In this document: in pieces, positions 1 through 8,937 of the stretch
Layout: the number at the start of each line of letters is the position of its first letter
How positions within the stretch are numbered: position 1 is the stretch's first letter
Assembly (NCBI RefSeq): GCF_055900595.2
Contig: NZ_CM148325.1
DNA length: 64,000 nt
Reading direction: 5' to 3' (one strand)
Made by a program: the position numbers and the translations under genes
The notes under the pieces: generated by a model
The model's input: the letters and a program-made list of their open reading frames with translations, nothing else
Told to the model about the DNA's origin: nothing
The model's database searches: none

Positions 1-882
1 GAGGATTTTTTGAAGAGAAATAATATTCCCCCCATTCATCATAAAATGGGTGGCAAATGTATGCCTCAATACATGAACCGCTTGACCGTCCGGCAAATTA
101 GGCTTAGCCACCTTCAGTTTCAGCCTAAACCATTTATAACTCACCCGAAATAAACGCCCCTCCTTGCGATGTTTTACAAGCCTAACAACATCATCAGAAA
201 CAGGAACAACCCGACGCTTATTATTTTTTGTGAAATTAAATACAACCTTATTACCGATAATATGTTCCCCCATTAGCTGATATGCTTCATTCCAGCGACA
301 GCCTGTAGACAACAAAAGGACAGCCATTCGGTAATAATCTCCCGAACCCTTGCAGATAGAAAGAAACGCACCAATCTCTTCATGATTAAGATAAGCCATC
401 TCTGGGGTTTTTTCCTTGAGGCGAGGAAGCGACAATACAGGGTTACTACCGTGATATTCACCAATCTCTGCCATAGCCTTTAACGCAGCGCTAAACGCAA
501 AAAGATCATGGTTGATTGTAGATGCCTTAACCCCTTGATCGAGACGGCGCGATCTATATTCAGCAACCATGCGTTCATCAATCTCGTACATCATAGGGTC
601 ACCCATATCAAGACAAATACACTGGAGGTTATTCAGTCTACGATTCGCGTAATCCTTGTGACGACCTATCAGTAACCACCACGTCGCAATGAAATCGCTT
701 AAATATCGCTTGTCCAGAAGATTACCGAAAACATCAACAGAAGGGCGATCAGCAAGAACTTCGCGTTCAAATGCTACAGCCAGATTTTTTTTCTCAAACT
801 TCCGACGAATGCGCCTTCCCTTACTTCCGTCGGGTCGAATGTCCACAAAATAGCGACCATCTTCGAGCTTCTTAATTGACAT
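1..882 (-). CDS. int: Tyrosine integrase, P2 Int family (partial; C-terminus beyond window edge)
   Basis: Minus-strand translation from ATG at 880-882 gives MSIKKLEDGRYFVDIRPDGSKGRRIRRKFEKK... and near the edge ...VLRHTFATHFMMNGGNIISLQKIL, which matches the recalled P2 Int sequence. Absent from the ORF track because it has no stop within the window. Confidence 0.85.
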   Translation of the reverse strand, partial: MSIKKLEDGRYFVDIRPDGSKGRRIRRKFEKKNLAVAFEREVLADRPSVDVFGNLLDKRYLSDFIATWWLLIGRHKDYANRRLNNLQCICLDMGDPMMYEIDERMVAEYRSRRLDQGVKASTINHDLFAFSAALKAMAEIGEYHGSNPVLSLPRLKEKTPEMAYLNHEEIGAFLSICKGSGDYYRMAVLLLSTGCRWNEAYQLMGEHIIGNKVVFNFTKNNKRRVVPVSDDVVRLVKHRKEGRLFRVSYKWFRLKLKVAKPNLPDGQAVHVLRHTFATHFMMNGGNIISLQKIL

Positions 883-951
883 AAGAAGACCCTCCAACAG
901 TCCATTCTCCATCTTGAAAACAGATAGAGAAAACGTATTCCTTATAAAGAG

Positions 952-1251
952 TTAACCAGTCTGTTTCCCTGATTGGGGTGACGTTGTTTCGACGTGCCCA
1001 CAGTGTGCGAGAGCCGGGGCTATTTGCCCGTGTTCTGGGTCGATGCGGTCATACATAAACCAATTCTGATACTTATGAAAACGGGGGTGACCAAATATCT
1101 TAATTGCAGATTCCAATGTCATCTTAGATTTGTCACGCTCATAGCCGTGATAGGTTGTGTAATTAAGCCCTACTAAATCAACAAATTGCTGTTTTGTTAG
1201 CCTTTCCGAATCTCGCATGATCGCTAACTTTTCACCTTGAGTATTTGACAT
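952..1251 (-). CDS. C: Immunity repressor, P2 C-like
   Basis: 99 aa, MSNTQGEKLAIMRDSERLTKQQFVDLVG...QIAPALAHCGHVETTSPQSGKQTG; resembles recalled P2 C repressor; sits between int and the early operon as in P2. Confidence 0.8.
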   Translation of the reverse strand: MSNTQGEKLAIMRDSERLTKQQFVDLVGLNYTTYHGYERDKSKMTLESAIKIFGHPRFHKYQNWFMYDRIDPEHGQIAPALAHCGHVETTSPQSGKQTG

Positions 1252-1345
1252 ATTTACGAGTACTCCATATAGTTACGCAAAAACAACATTCCTAGCCTAA
1301 AACGGCAAAACACCGTCAAAGGCCGATTAGGCTAAGCAAGCCTCA
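1252..1345. promoter_or_regulatory. Divergent immunity/early promoter-operator region
   Basis: Intergenic between C (minus) and the early operon (plus); inverted repeat TAGCCTAA ... TTAGGCTA about 22 bp apart, at roughly 1303-1337. Confidence 0.45.
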
Positions 1346-1501
1346 ATGAATGGCAACCTTGGAGTGTATCAAAAAATGGCAAAACAACGAGATTTTGAAC
1401 AAATCACGACACATCAGCATTGCCGTCTCTATCCATTAGACGGCTACATCACGATGAACGTGTGCAAAATGAGTTCAACGCAGGCTGGACGCATACGTGA
1501 T

Positions 1502-1993
1502 ATGAGTCTGAGCGACTTACAACAACAGGAGTTTGTTAGCCCAGAGGAGTTTGCATACATCACGGGGCGCACCTACAAAGCAGCCAAAAACATCATGGAC
1601 CGAAACGAAAGCCTGCTTATTAAGGAATACGCCACGCCAGACGCAACACGACCTAAGCGATTTATCAGACTCCAGCACTACTGGGCCGCAATTATCAACA
1701 ACAAAGCATCGCTGACACCACGCGAGCATCTATTTATCAATGAGATTCGAAACAACAAAACGCTTTACCGCGAGATGATGAAAATCAATCTCAAGATTCG
1801 CGAAGGGCGAGAAGTCTCGAAAAAAAACCAAGATACTCCCATCAATCGCAATCAGCGGCATAACACCAAAAGGAGTTTTCCCATGTGCGACCTGAGCAAA
1901 GCAGAGCTAATTGCAATCATATTGTTTGCCATAGATTTTGGTTTTCTTTTGAGCGGCGCAATTCTCCTTCCTGCAATTAACAGGAAAAATTAA
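1502..1993 (+). CDS. Cox/Apl-like excisionase-regulator with an unusual AT-rich hydrophobic C-terminal extension (start uncertain; ORF track starts at 1346)
   Basis: Segment MSLSDLQQQEFVSPEEFAYITGRTYKAAKNIMDRNE resembles P2 Cox (QEFAKLIGKSTGAVRRMIDKG). The ORF continues in frame through an A8 run (about 1823-1830) into an AT-rich tail encoding a TM-like segment, AELIAIILFAIDFGFLLSGAILLPAI. Confidence 0.4.
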   Translation: MSLSDLQQQEFVSPEEFAYITGRTYKAAKNIMDRNESLLIKEYATPDATRPKRFIRLQHYWAAIINNKASLTPREHLFINEIRNNKTLYREMMKINLKIREGREVSKKNQDTPINRNQRHNTKRSFPMCDLSKAELIAIILFAIDFGFLLSGAILLPAINRKN

Positions 1994-2023
1994 TCACCAC
2001 TGCAAATAACAAGAGCCAACAAC

Positions 2024-2239
2024 ATGACCCCAAGACAAGTATTAATCTCCAAAAATGATGACATATTGCACTTTCAAGTAAAATACATAATAGCCACAAC
2101 AAAGGTAGGAACATCAATCTATATACACTATCAGAATTTCTATCTGGAGAGAGTCTTCGAAACGGAAGGAGAAGCCCAGAAGTTTTTGATACACATAAAA
2201 GATTGCATAGAAGGAAAAATAAGACCAGGGGATCAATAA
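2024..2239 (+). CDS. Hypothetical protein in an AT-rich insert (71 aa)
   Basis: ORF in a stretch of markedly lower GC (by eye) than the flanking phage DNA; no recognised family. Confidence 0.35.
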   Translation: MTPRQVLISKNDDILHFQVKYIIATTKVGTSIYIHYQNFYLERVFETEGEAQKFLIHIKDCIEGKIRPGDQ

Positions 2240-2547
2240 TGCGAAAACATTATTCACAACCATATATCCGTAACAGTGCGCCACGCAGCAATAACCGCTG
2301 GAGCCTGCGCGAAACACACGCAACACCAGGCGGTCACGTTGTAAAACAAACTGGGGAACACACCTGGCTGATTGAGCAGGCTGGACTCGTGATCCACAGA
2401 TGCAACCGCAATCCGTTTACCGGAAACCGCATCTTTGCACTGAGCAGCGGCGACAACCAGTTCGGGCAGGATTTCACGCTACACGAAGCCCTGCGAACTG
2501 CCGACCGCTTAATCGCGGGGCGCAGCTTTCAGCACCCGGATTACTAA
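2239..2547 (+). CDS. Hypothetical early-operon protein (about 102 aa)
   Basis: ORF track 2203..2547 uses a TTG start; an in-frame ATG at 2239 is a more likely start. No recognised family. Confidence 0.4.
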   Translation: MRKHYSQPYIRNSAPRSNNRWSLRETHATPGGHVVKQTGEHTWLIEQAGLVIHRCNRNPFTGNRIFALSSGDNQFGQDFTLHEALRTADRLIAGRSFQHPDY

Positions 2548-2590
2548 AGAAAAGTCGGCTTAATAAGCCCTGAGCCAGTCTTAATAAGAC

Positions 2591-2848
2591 ATGAGAGGCG
2601 ATAAGATGAAAAGAGCCTACAAAGAAATCGCTAACGACATACTTCAGAATTATCACCTAACCCTTGCAAACGAGGGTGTCGCCTATGATGAGCAATCGTT
2701 CCGCGCAATGCAGGGTGGGATTCTTGGGCTGTATATCGCCGCCACAGCCAGCGGCGACCTCGAAGCGCTGGCAGAATTAAAGGTTATCTATCCGAAAGAA
2801 CTTGGCGAAGACCTGATTAAACCCTATCTCATTGAGGAGCTGGCATGA
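2591..2848 (+). CDS. Hypothetical early-operon protein (85 aa; alternative start at 2606)
   Basis: ORF track; GAGAGG Shine-Dalgarno before the ATG at 2606. Confidence 0.45.
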   Translation: MRGDKMKRAYKEIANDILQNYHLTLANEGVAYDEQSFRAMQGGILGLYIAATASGDLEALAELKVIYPKELGEDLIKPYLIEELA

Positions 2849-2970
2849 ATATTCTTATCTCGTGGTTAATTCTCATCCTCGCCATTATTTGCGCGGTGGG
2901 AATCATGCGAATTATTAACGGCATTAAAACCATCGAATCATTATTTACTGGCGACAAGCGCCATAAATAA
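2845..2970 (+). CDS. Small single-pass membrane peptide (41 aa)
   Basis: ATGA start/stop overlap with the upstream ORF; GAGGAG Shine-Dalgarno 5 nt upstream; MNILISWLILILAIICAVGIMRII... is strongly hydrophobic. Below the ORF track size cutoff. Confidence 0.45.
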   Translation: MNILISWLILILAIICAVGIMRIINGIKTIESLFTGDKRHK

Positions 2971-3050
2971 ATAACCGGAAATTACCAGAAAGCAAGAAAA
3001 CATCCGCAACGGCGGAGGGATTCCCTTACGCCTGAAATAAGGAGCAGCGA

Positions 3051-3266
3051 ATGAGTAAACCACTAACCAGCATTGAGCGAAAAATTGTTTTTATGAATGT
3101 GGCAGGCGTGCAGTTCGAAGTGGATAAGCAGGTCATCGTCTCCGAAACGAGATGCCCGGCAGCAGGTGAGCAATGCACCTACCTGACACTGGCAGACGGC
3201 ACGCAAATAACCGCCGTCACCGACACCATTCGCGAGCTTGTGATTATCAGAGGGGTTAAACGATGA
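3051..3266 (+). CDS. Hypothetical protein (71 aa)
   Basis: ORF track; AGGAG Shine-Dalgarno upstream (aaggagcagcgaATG). Confidence 0.5.
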   Translation: MSKPLTSIERKIVFMNVAGVQFEVDKQVIVSETRCPAAGEQCTYLTLADGTQITAVTDTIRELVIIRGVKR

Positions 3267-3475
3267 CCAGCAAATACACCACCAACGCACGCAAGCCAGG
3301 CAAGGAGGCACGTCATCACATTGCCGTTCTGCGCAATCTCATCATGTGCGAAATCGACGACTTTGTGGCGGGACTGGGCCAGCCGGGCGAGCCAGCAACA
3401 CCGGGCGAAATACACAAAGAACTACGCCGCCGCATAGAAAGCGCGGTGGATTACGTCATGAACCCGAACGACTGA
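3263..3475 (+). CDS. Hypothetical protein (70 aa)
   Basis: ORF track; ATGA overlap with the upstream ORF. Confidence 0.45.
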   Translation: MTSKYTTNARKPGKEARHHIAVLRNLIMCEIDDFVAGLGQPGEPATPGEIHKELRRRIESAVDYVMNPND

Positions 3476-3515
3476 CCAGAACGCGAGCGCGCGCCGGATG
3501 ACGCACGCATAACGC

Positions 3516-4001
3516 TTAGCGGGAAGCGCCAACCGTAAGGCTGGCAATGATTTTTTCGGAGAGTGAGAGAGATTCGCGATGATTAAGACCAAGAGCAGCA
3601 CAAGCTTTATTGCGCGCCGGGTTGTCCATGCATTCAAGCACCGGAGAGTCCTGCTTCTCAATTTCCACCAGTCGCGCCAGCAACACCTCCGTGCTGAGAC
3701 CGTCGCTTTCAGTAATCAGGACGTTATAGCGATGAGCCTGTTCTTTTGCAGCCTGAGCGCGTCGCCCAAATTTCCAGGCGATATTGCAGCCACTAAGCAC
3801 AGCCACGATACCACCCAGCAACCAACTGAAATTGCTGTCTGCAAACACAGTAGCCCCAGACGTAAGGATGACAGCATTAATCACCGTATCCATACGGCGG
3901 TTAAACACCTCCGAAATATGTTCAAGCCAGTAACTGTTCCAGAGACGAAACATGACCTCGTGTCGCCGTTCGGCATGATTTTCAGTTGGTTGTCTGTTCA
4001 T
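3516..4001 (-). CDS. Two-transmembrane protein (161 aa), opposite strand to the early operon; candidate superinfection-exclusion or abortive-infection effector
   Basis: ATG at 3999-4001 with GAGGAGGG Shine-Dalgarno upstream; two hydrophobic segments (VINAVILTSGATVFA and FSWLLGGIVAVLSGCNIAW) followed by a charged, helix-prone C-terminus. No confident family match. Confidence 0.55.
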   Translation of the reverse strand: MNRQPTENHAERRHEVMFRLWNSYWLEHISEVFNRRMDTVINAVILTSGATVFADSNFSWLLGGIVAVLSGCNIAWKFGRRAQAAKEQAHRYNVLITESDGLSTEVLLARLVEIEKQDSPVLECMDNPARNKACAALGLNHRESLSLSEKIIASLTVGASR

Positions 4002-4244
4002 TGCGGTTTAACCCTCCTCATCATCTCGCCCCTGCCCTTTTTCAGGCGCGGGAGCCGGTTGCCGTGGCACATGAAATTTATCGCTATCAGACATTTATTT
4101 TTTCCCGTGTGTTGTTGAACAAACTGCCCGCACAGTTTTGACGGAACGGCGGGCGCTTCAAGCGTAACACACCCTTCTTTTCCGGTTGAAGGCGAAAAAA
4201 ACCGGACAGCTACCCGACACAAACCAGACCAGCGGAGAACTGCC

Positions 4245-4799
4245 ATGTACGCACTTAAACCTATGGGGATACCAGGCAAAGCCCCGGCGCATGTGAAAGC
4301 CTGGACACAGCAGGAAGATGATTTGCTGATCACCCTGTACCCGCAGCACACAGCACGAGATATCGCCGGACGTCTGGGGCGCAGCTACGAAGGAGTTCGC
4401 GGCCGCATTTCTCGTCTGCGTGAACAGGGCAGGATTGGCATCAAGCAGCAAAGACTAAGCGATGAGATGATCGCCACGCTCATCAGGAACCGCCACACCA
4501 GGTCCCTCAAGGAACTGGCACACATGGCGAAAGTTTCGACACGCACGGTAACCAACCGATTGAGGGCGCTGGGCTACAGCCTGATCAAATGCGGAGAACT
4601 GCATAAAAACGCCGTCTACAGCGACTGCATCGTTGAGATTATCAACCAGTTACGCGACGAGCAGGGCCTGACGTTCAGGGAAATCGCGCAGCGCCTTAGC
4701 CACGAACTACAGCCGAACCCCACCCCGGCACTTGCTCGCCATCTCTACTGGCGCCGCACAGCAGCCGACGCCGTACTCCGCGAACTGTTACCAGATTGA
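4245..4799 (+). CDS. DNA-binding protein with repeated helix-turn-helix-like segments (184 aa), early/replication operon
   Basis: ORF track; three HTH-like segments (TARDIAGRLGRSYEGVRGRISRLR, SLKELAHMAKVSTRTVTNRLRALG, TFREIAQRLSHE). Confidence 0.5.
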   Translation: MYALKPMGIPGKAPAHVKAWTQQEDDLLITLYPQHTARDIAGRLGRSYEGVRGRISRLREQGRIGIKQQRLSDEMIATLIRNRHTRSLKELAHMAKVSTRTVTNRLRALGYSLIKCGELHKNAVYSDCIVEIINQLRDEQGLTFREIAQRLSHELQPNPTPALARHLYWRRTAADAVLRELLPD

Positions 4800-5119
4800 G
4801 CAATCACCATGTACACACAAAAAAACCGCTTGCAACAACAAACCGGAACAGGGTACGCTTCCCCCGCACCTCATAAAACGGGTGTCGGGTTTCGCAGCCT
4901 GCTGACTAGCAAAGCGCACAACCGCGCCAGCGGTTTTTTTGTGCGTACTGTATTGCCACGTCTTTTTCGCACACGAATTATGGCGGGGCGTACGGGGCCG
5001 ACTTCGGTCGGGCCGGGTTCTTTGCTAGCCGGTACTGCGAACCTCGTACGTCTCGCCACCCACAGTTTCGCAGCTCTGGATGGTGAGTTTTTAAAACTTA
5101 CTAGCAAAGAGGCCACACC
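4800..5119 (+). promoter_or_regulatory. Structured intergenic region with repeats and hairpins
   Basis: CTAGCAAAG occurs three times: direct at about 4905 and 5100, inverted (CTTTGCTAG) at about 5022. Also a CCGAC-TTCG-GTCGG hairpin with a UUCG-type loop at about 5008-5021 and a terminator-like CCGCGCCAGCGG plus T7 at about 4922-4940. Confidence 0.4.
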
Positions 5120-5338
5120 ATGGCAAACCGCAAACAGCGCCGCGCTACTGCGGAGCATCACCACGTCCGCGCCCAAATCGACAAACGCCTTTTCCGCGCA
5201 TCACGCGTTGCACGCATCATGCACATCAACATGCTGCATGAACGCAGAGGGGCACTACCGAACACCTATATCGCCTCCGTTTTCAGCTATCTGGCGGACG
5301 ATCTCGCCGAGCTGCAACACCTCATTAACCAGCACTGA
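5120..5338 (+). CDS. Hypothetical protein (72 aa)
   Basis: ORF track; AAAGAGG Shine-Dalgarno 8 nt upstream of the ATG. Confidence 0.5.
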   Translation: MANRKQRRATAEHHHVRAQIDKRLFRASRVARIMHINMLHERRGALPNTYIASVFSYLADDLAELQHLINQH

Positions 5339-5410
5339 TAAACATCCCGAAGCCATCCTGCGCCCGTTCGCGGGAGGCTTCCACACATCTGTAGTCGGGA
5401 GGATTGCGCC

Positions 5411-5779
5411 ATGATTCTGGCTGACGATTTTCTGGAGTACCTGAACAACACCGAGCGCGACCTGTACGCGCGCGTTCTCACCCGTTACGAGAAATACAAA
5501 CTTTCACTGCCAGAGCATCAACTCCGCGAAGGCGATATCGACATTGAAGGGCGCTACATCGTCAGGCGCCGCATAGCGGGCTACGGCATCTGGCGTGTCA
5601 CCGGACTTGAGCATTCATTGCTGACCATCTGCCAGAGTCCGTCCGGCGTGATAACGGAGATCGTCGCCGATAGTCTGCGACTCACCCATCACAGCGCCAC
5701 CCCGGAAGAAACGCTGGCAGAAACCCAGCGTCTGTGTCGCGTCATTGCCAACGCCGCCCTCCGCGCAGACAGGAGGTAA
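5411..5779 (+). CDS. Hypothetical protein (122 aa), immediately upstream of A
   Basis: ORF track; GGGAGG Shine-Dalgarno upstream. Confidence 0.5.
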   Translation: MILADDFLEYLNNTERDLYARVLTRYEKYKLSLPEHQLREGDIDIEGRYIVRRRIAGYGIWRVTGLEHSLLTICQSPSGVITEIVADSLRLTHHSATPEETLAETQRLCRVIANAALRADRR

Positions 5780-5782
5780 GCG

Positions 5783-8272
5783 ATGGAGTTCGTCAGAGAC
5801 TGGCAAAAACCGCGCCCCGCTATCGGGCGCGAAGGCTTACCCGTACCTGAAACCGCACTGGATACCATCCTGAAGTGTTACCGCGCAGACGAAGAGCGCG
5901 CACTGCACGCTGAAGAGCAGGGTCATCCGCTTGCGGGCACAACCATCGGTAACGCGATCGACAAGTGGGAAGGCGCACAGGAGCGCCAGGAAGAGGCCAT
6001 CACGCTCACACAGGAAGCGAGAAGACACCCGCCCACCCTTATTGAGGAAACCCTCAAAGAGCTGGACACCCTGCCCAAGTGGTTGAGGCTGCCGCTGATT
6101 AAGCACCTGAACTTTTTAAGGCGCAAACAGGAGGACGAACAACAGAAAGGCAAGCGCGGCAAGGACACCCGCAAATATGAGCGCTTCCTGAAAAACGGCA
6201 TCCCCGCACGTCTTCGCCGTATTCGTGAGATTAACGCTCGCTTTGCACCGTTAAGTTTTCAGGCCGCTGCCATGCGCGAGAGTCTGGAAGAACTGATCAC
6301 ACTGCCGAACCTGAGCCGTGAACGCATCCAGAAAATAGCCGTACTGCTTGCCAGCGCCGTTAAAATGCATCTTGCCGACGCAATGGACAAGGCCCGCGAA
6401 ATAACAGGGAACGACAAAGACGACAACCTGAACAACTGGCTGATTGCCTACCAGTATATTGGTCGCCGTGTCCTGAAGCTGGGGATCACCCCACCATACT
6501 GGAGCGCCCTTGAACTCCGCCCCGACCGCAGAAGCCCCCCGGACGTGACACTGGTTCCGGGCGCTGTTTTGCGCCTGAACGACGCCGAATGGTGGAATAA
6601 AAAACTTCGCCAGATGCACGACGTCTGGCGTGAGGAACTTTTACGTGCAGCGGGCCTTGTATCCCGCCAGACCTCCGTTTATGTGAGCCGTGAAGCGCTG
6701 GCAGACTTCCGCGAAAAACAGGCCCGTACCCGCGATTTTCTCAAAGCGCACGACGTGGAGAACGAAGACGGCGAACGCATCAGTCTGGAAGATATCTACT
6801 ACGCCAGTACATCCAACCCGCATAACCGCCGCAACGAGATGATGGCGTGCGTTAAGGGAATGGAGCTTATCGCACAGGAACGCGGCGACGTGGCCTTCTT
6901 CGTCACGGTCACAGCCCCGTCTCGTTTTCACAGCGTCACCGACGCAGGCACGCTGAACCCGAAATACAAAGGCGCAACCGTAAAGGACGCCAGCGACTAT
7001 CTGGTTTATAACTTCTTCGCCTCCGCCCGCAAACTCATCAAAAAAGAGAAGCGGGGCTGGTACGGCATTCGCACCGTGGAGCCTCACCACGACGGCACGC
7101 CCCACTGGCACATGCTGGTATTCACAAGCCCTGAGAACGAAGAGCGCATCACGGAAATCATGTGCAATGCCGCCATTCGCGAAGACCGGGCAGAGCTGGG
7201 CGACGACATCACCCCGCGCTTCAAGTGCGAGAAGATAGATCCCGAAAAAGGCACGCCAACCAGCTACATCGCCACCTACATAGGCAAAGGCATTGACGCC
7301 GCTGCATTCGGCGACACGGATCCAAAAACAGGTAAACCGCCCGTTGACCACGAAAGCGGAAAACCTATGGCGGACACCGTGGAAAACGCCGTCGCCTGGG
7401 CGCGCCTGCATCGCATTCGCCAGTTCCAGTTCTTTGGCCTCCCTTCCCGTCAGGTGTGGCGTGAGTTCCGCCGCCTTGCCGGACAAATGGCACGCAACCC
7501 GAAGGGGCCGCAGGCACTGACCAACCCCAAAGCCGACGCCCTCCTTGTTGCAGCCGATACGGGGTGTTTTGCCAGCTACATCATGCATCAGGGCGGTGTG
7601 CTCATTCCCCGTAGTGAATATCTGGCCCGCACAGCCTACGTCACCGCAGAAGAGCCGAACAATTACAGCGAATTCCCCGAGCGCATTTACGGTATCCGCA
7701 TGCCGGAACTGGGGGAGGACTTCACGTTATGCACCCACCCGGAAGAGTGGAAAATCGTCAGAAAGGAACCGGAACCAGACAACCGCACGGGCGAGGGTTT
7801 TGACCTTCAGGGCGGCCCCGCCGCCCCTTGGACTCGTGGCAATAACTGTCACCCTGACGAAAAAACAACCAACAACAGCACACAAACAGAACAGTCAGAG
7901 TGGGCAAAACTGCCCCCCTTACCCCCATCGTCGGACGGTTTTGTGAGCTGGTTTAAGTCGCTTAAGAGGCCGGACAGGAAAAAACTACAAAGATTGCTCA
8001 AAAAACGCACCGAAGAGAGTCGCCAGAACGCCAGCGGCGGCACCGACACACCCACCGACACCATTAACCTGGGCGTTGTGCTGCCGGAACTGCCGGAAAT
8101 CGTGCAAGTCCGCCGCGATCTGGAAGCGCTGGGCGCGGACTTCCCCGAAGCAATGGCCCATTCCGTCTTTATGGGTGCCCGCGTTCGTCTGGGTGACGGT
8201 CGCACCGTTCACCGCGACGAGCAGACCGGGCGCATCACCGTCACCAGTCTGCAACCGGAGGCGAAACCATGA
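5783..8272 (+). CDS. A: Replication initiation endonuclease, P2 gpA family
   Basis: 829-aa ORF at the position of P2 gene A (between the early genes and the portal); large rolling-circle-type replication protein. Confidence 0.75.
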   Translation: MEFVRDWQKPRPAIGREGLPVPETALDTILKCYRADEERALHAEEQGHPLAGTTIGNAIDKWEGAQERQEEAITLTQEARRHPPTLIEETLKELDTLPKWLRLPLIKHLNFLRRKQEDEQQKGKRGKDTRKYERFLKNGIPARLRRIREINARFAPLSFQAAAMRESLEELITLPNLSRERIQKIAVLLASAVKMHLADAMDKAREITGNDKDDNLNNWLIAYQYIGRRVLKLGITPPYWSALELRPDRRSPPDVTLVPGAVLRLNDAEWWNKKLRQMHDVWREELLRAAGLVSRQTSVYVSREALADFREKQARTRDFLKAHDVENEDGERISLEDIYYASTSNPHNRRNEMMACVKGMELIAQERGDVAFFVTVTAPSRFHSVTDAGTLNPKYKGATVKDASDYLVYNFFASARKLIKKEKRGWYGIRTVEPHHDGTPHWHMLVFTSPENEERITEIMCNAAIREDRAELGDDITPRFKCEKIDPEKGTPTSYIATYIGKGIDAAAFGDTDPKTGKPPVDHESGKPMADTVENAVAWARLHRIRQFQFFGLPSRQVWREFRRLAGQMARNPKGPQALTNPKADALLVAADTGCFASYIMHQGGVLIPRSEYLARTAYVTAEEPNNYSEFPERIYGIRMPELGEDFTLCTHPEEWKIVRKEPEPDNRTGEGFDLQGGPAAPWTRGNNCHPDEKTTNNSTQTEQSEWAKLPPLPPSSDGFVSWFKSLKRPDRKKLQRLLKKRTEESRQNASGGTDTPTDTINLGVVLPELPEIVQVRRDLEALGADFPEAMAHSVFMGARVRLGDGRTVHRDEQTGRITVTSLQPEAKP

Positions 8273-8679
8273 ACCGTTATCATTGTGTACTGCCGCGCCA
8301 CTACTTCGGTCAGATTATGCGCTCGCGTATTCCGGCGGTCACGCTGCGAAACCTGAGCACGGTACCGCAGCCGGGCGATGAGCTGGAAATCGCCGTAGCA
8401 GGCCCTGACCGTTCAGCCAGCTGCGTGACCGCCGACGTGCTGAACGCCGTGCCCGTAGGTGGTGACTGGCTGGTTGCCATCCGCTTCCGCCAAGACCCGT
8501 TCGCACCTGAACCGCTCACCCCCGCAGGCCGCATCATGCAGAACTGGCGGGATGAACGCGCGAAGGCGAACTGCGAAAAACTGATTAACAGGATTGCCAC
8601 GACAAACCGACATGCCGCGCTGGCGCGCCGGATATACCCCGCAAAATCAACACAACCAACAGGAGTAAAAGGCCCATGA
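8269..8679 (+). CDS. Hypothetical protein (136 aa), translationally coupled to A
   Basis: ATGA overlap with the A stop; no recognised family. Confidence 0.5.
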   Translation: MNRYHCVLPRHYFGQIMRSRIPAVTLRNLSTVPQPGDELEIAVAGPDRSASCVTADVLNAVPVGGDWLVAIRFRQDPFAPEPLTPAGRIMQNWRDERAKANCEKLINRIATTNRHAALARRIYPAKSTQPTGVKGP

Positions 8680-8804
8680 AAAGAATCGCCGGAACTGACT
8701 ACCAGGAGCTGCTTAAAGCGGTGGAAAACTACCGTTCAGCGCTGGTGTGGTGTGAGATTAAGCCCTGTGACCCGGGAGCAGTTAAGGATTGCAACCGGCG
8801 CGTG
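8676..8804 (+). CDS. Small hypothetical protein (about 42 aa), translationally coupled
   Basis: ATGA overlap with the upstream ORF stop; AGGAG Shine-Dalgarno. Below ORF track cutoff; low confidence. Confidence 0.3.
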
Positions 8805-8937
8805 AGGACATTCAGCGCGTAATTGGCTACCGCTATGTAGCAGCCATTATTGACCTTGTGAATGAACTGGAGGAAGCAAAAGAGCGCATCGCAGAACTGG
8901 AAACCCAGAATAACCCCAACCAGCAGGAGCAGAAGCC

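Noticed and set aside
4809-5414. 201-aa plus-strand ORF and the overlapping 101-aa minus-strand ORF (4871..5176)
   Set aside because: Both span the hairpin-rich spacer and overlap the better-supported gene at 5120..5338; Ser/Thr/Ala-rich low-complexity translation.
6641-7588. 315-aa minus-strand ORF
   Set aside because: Antisense within replication gene A; Gly/Ala/Val-rich translation without features of a real protein.
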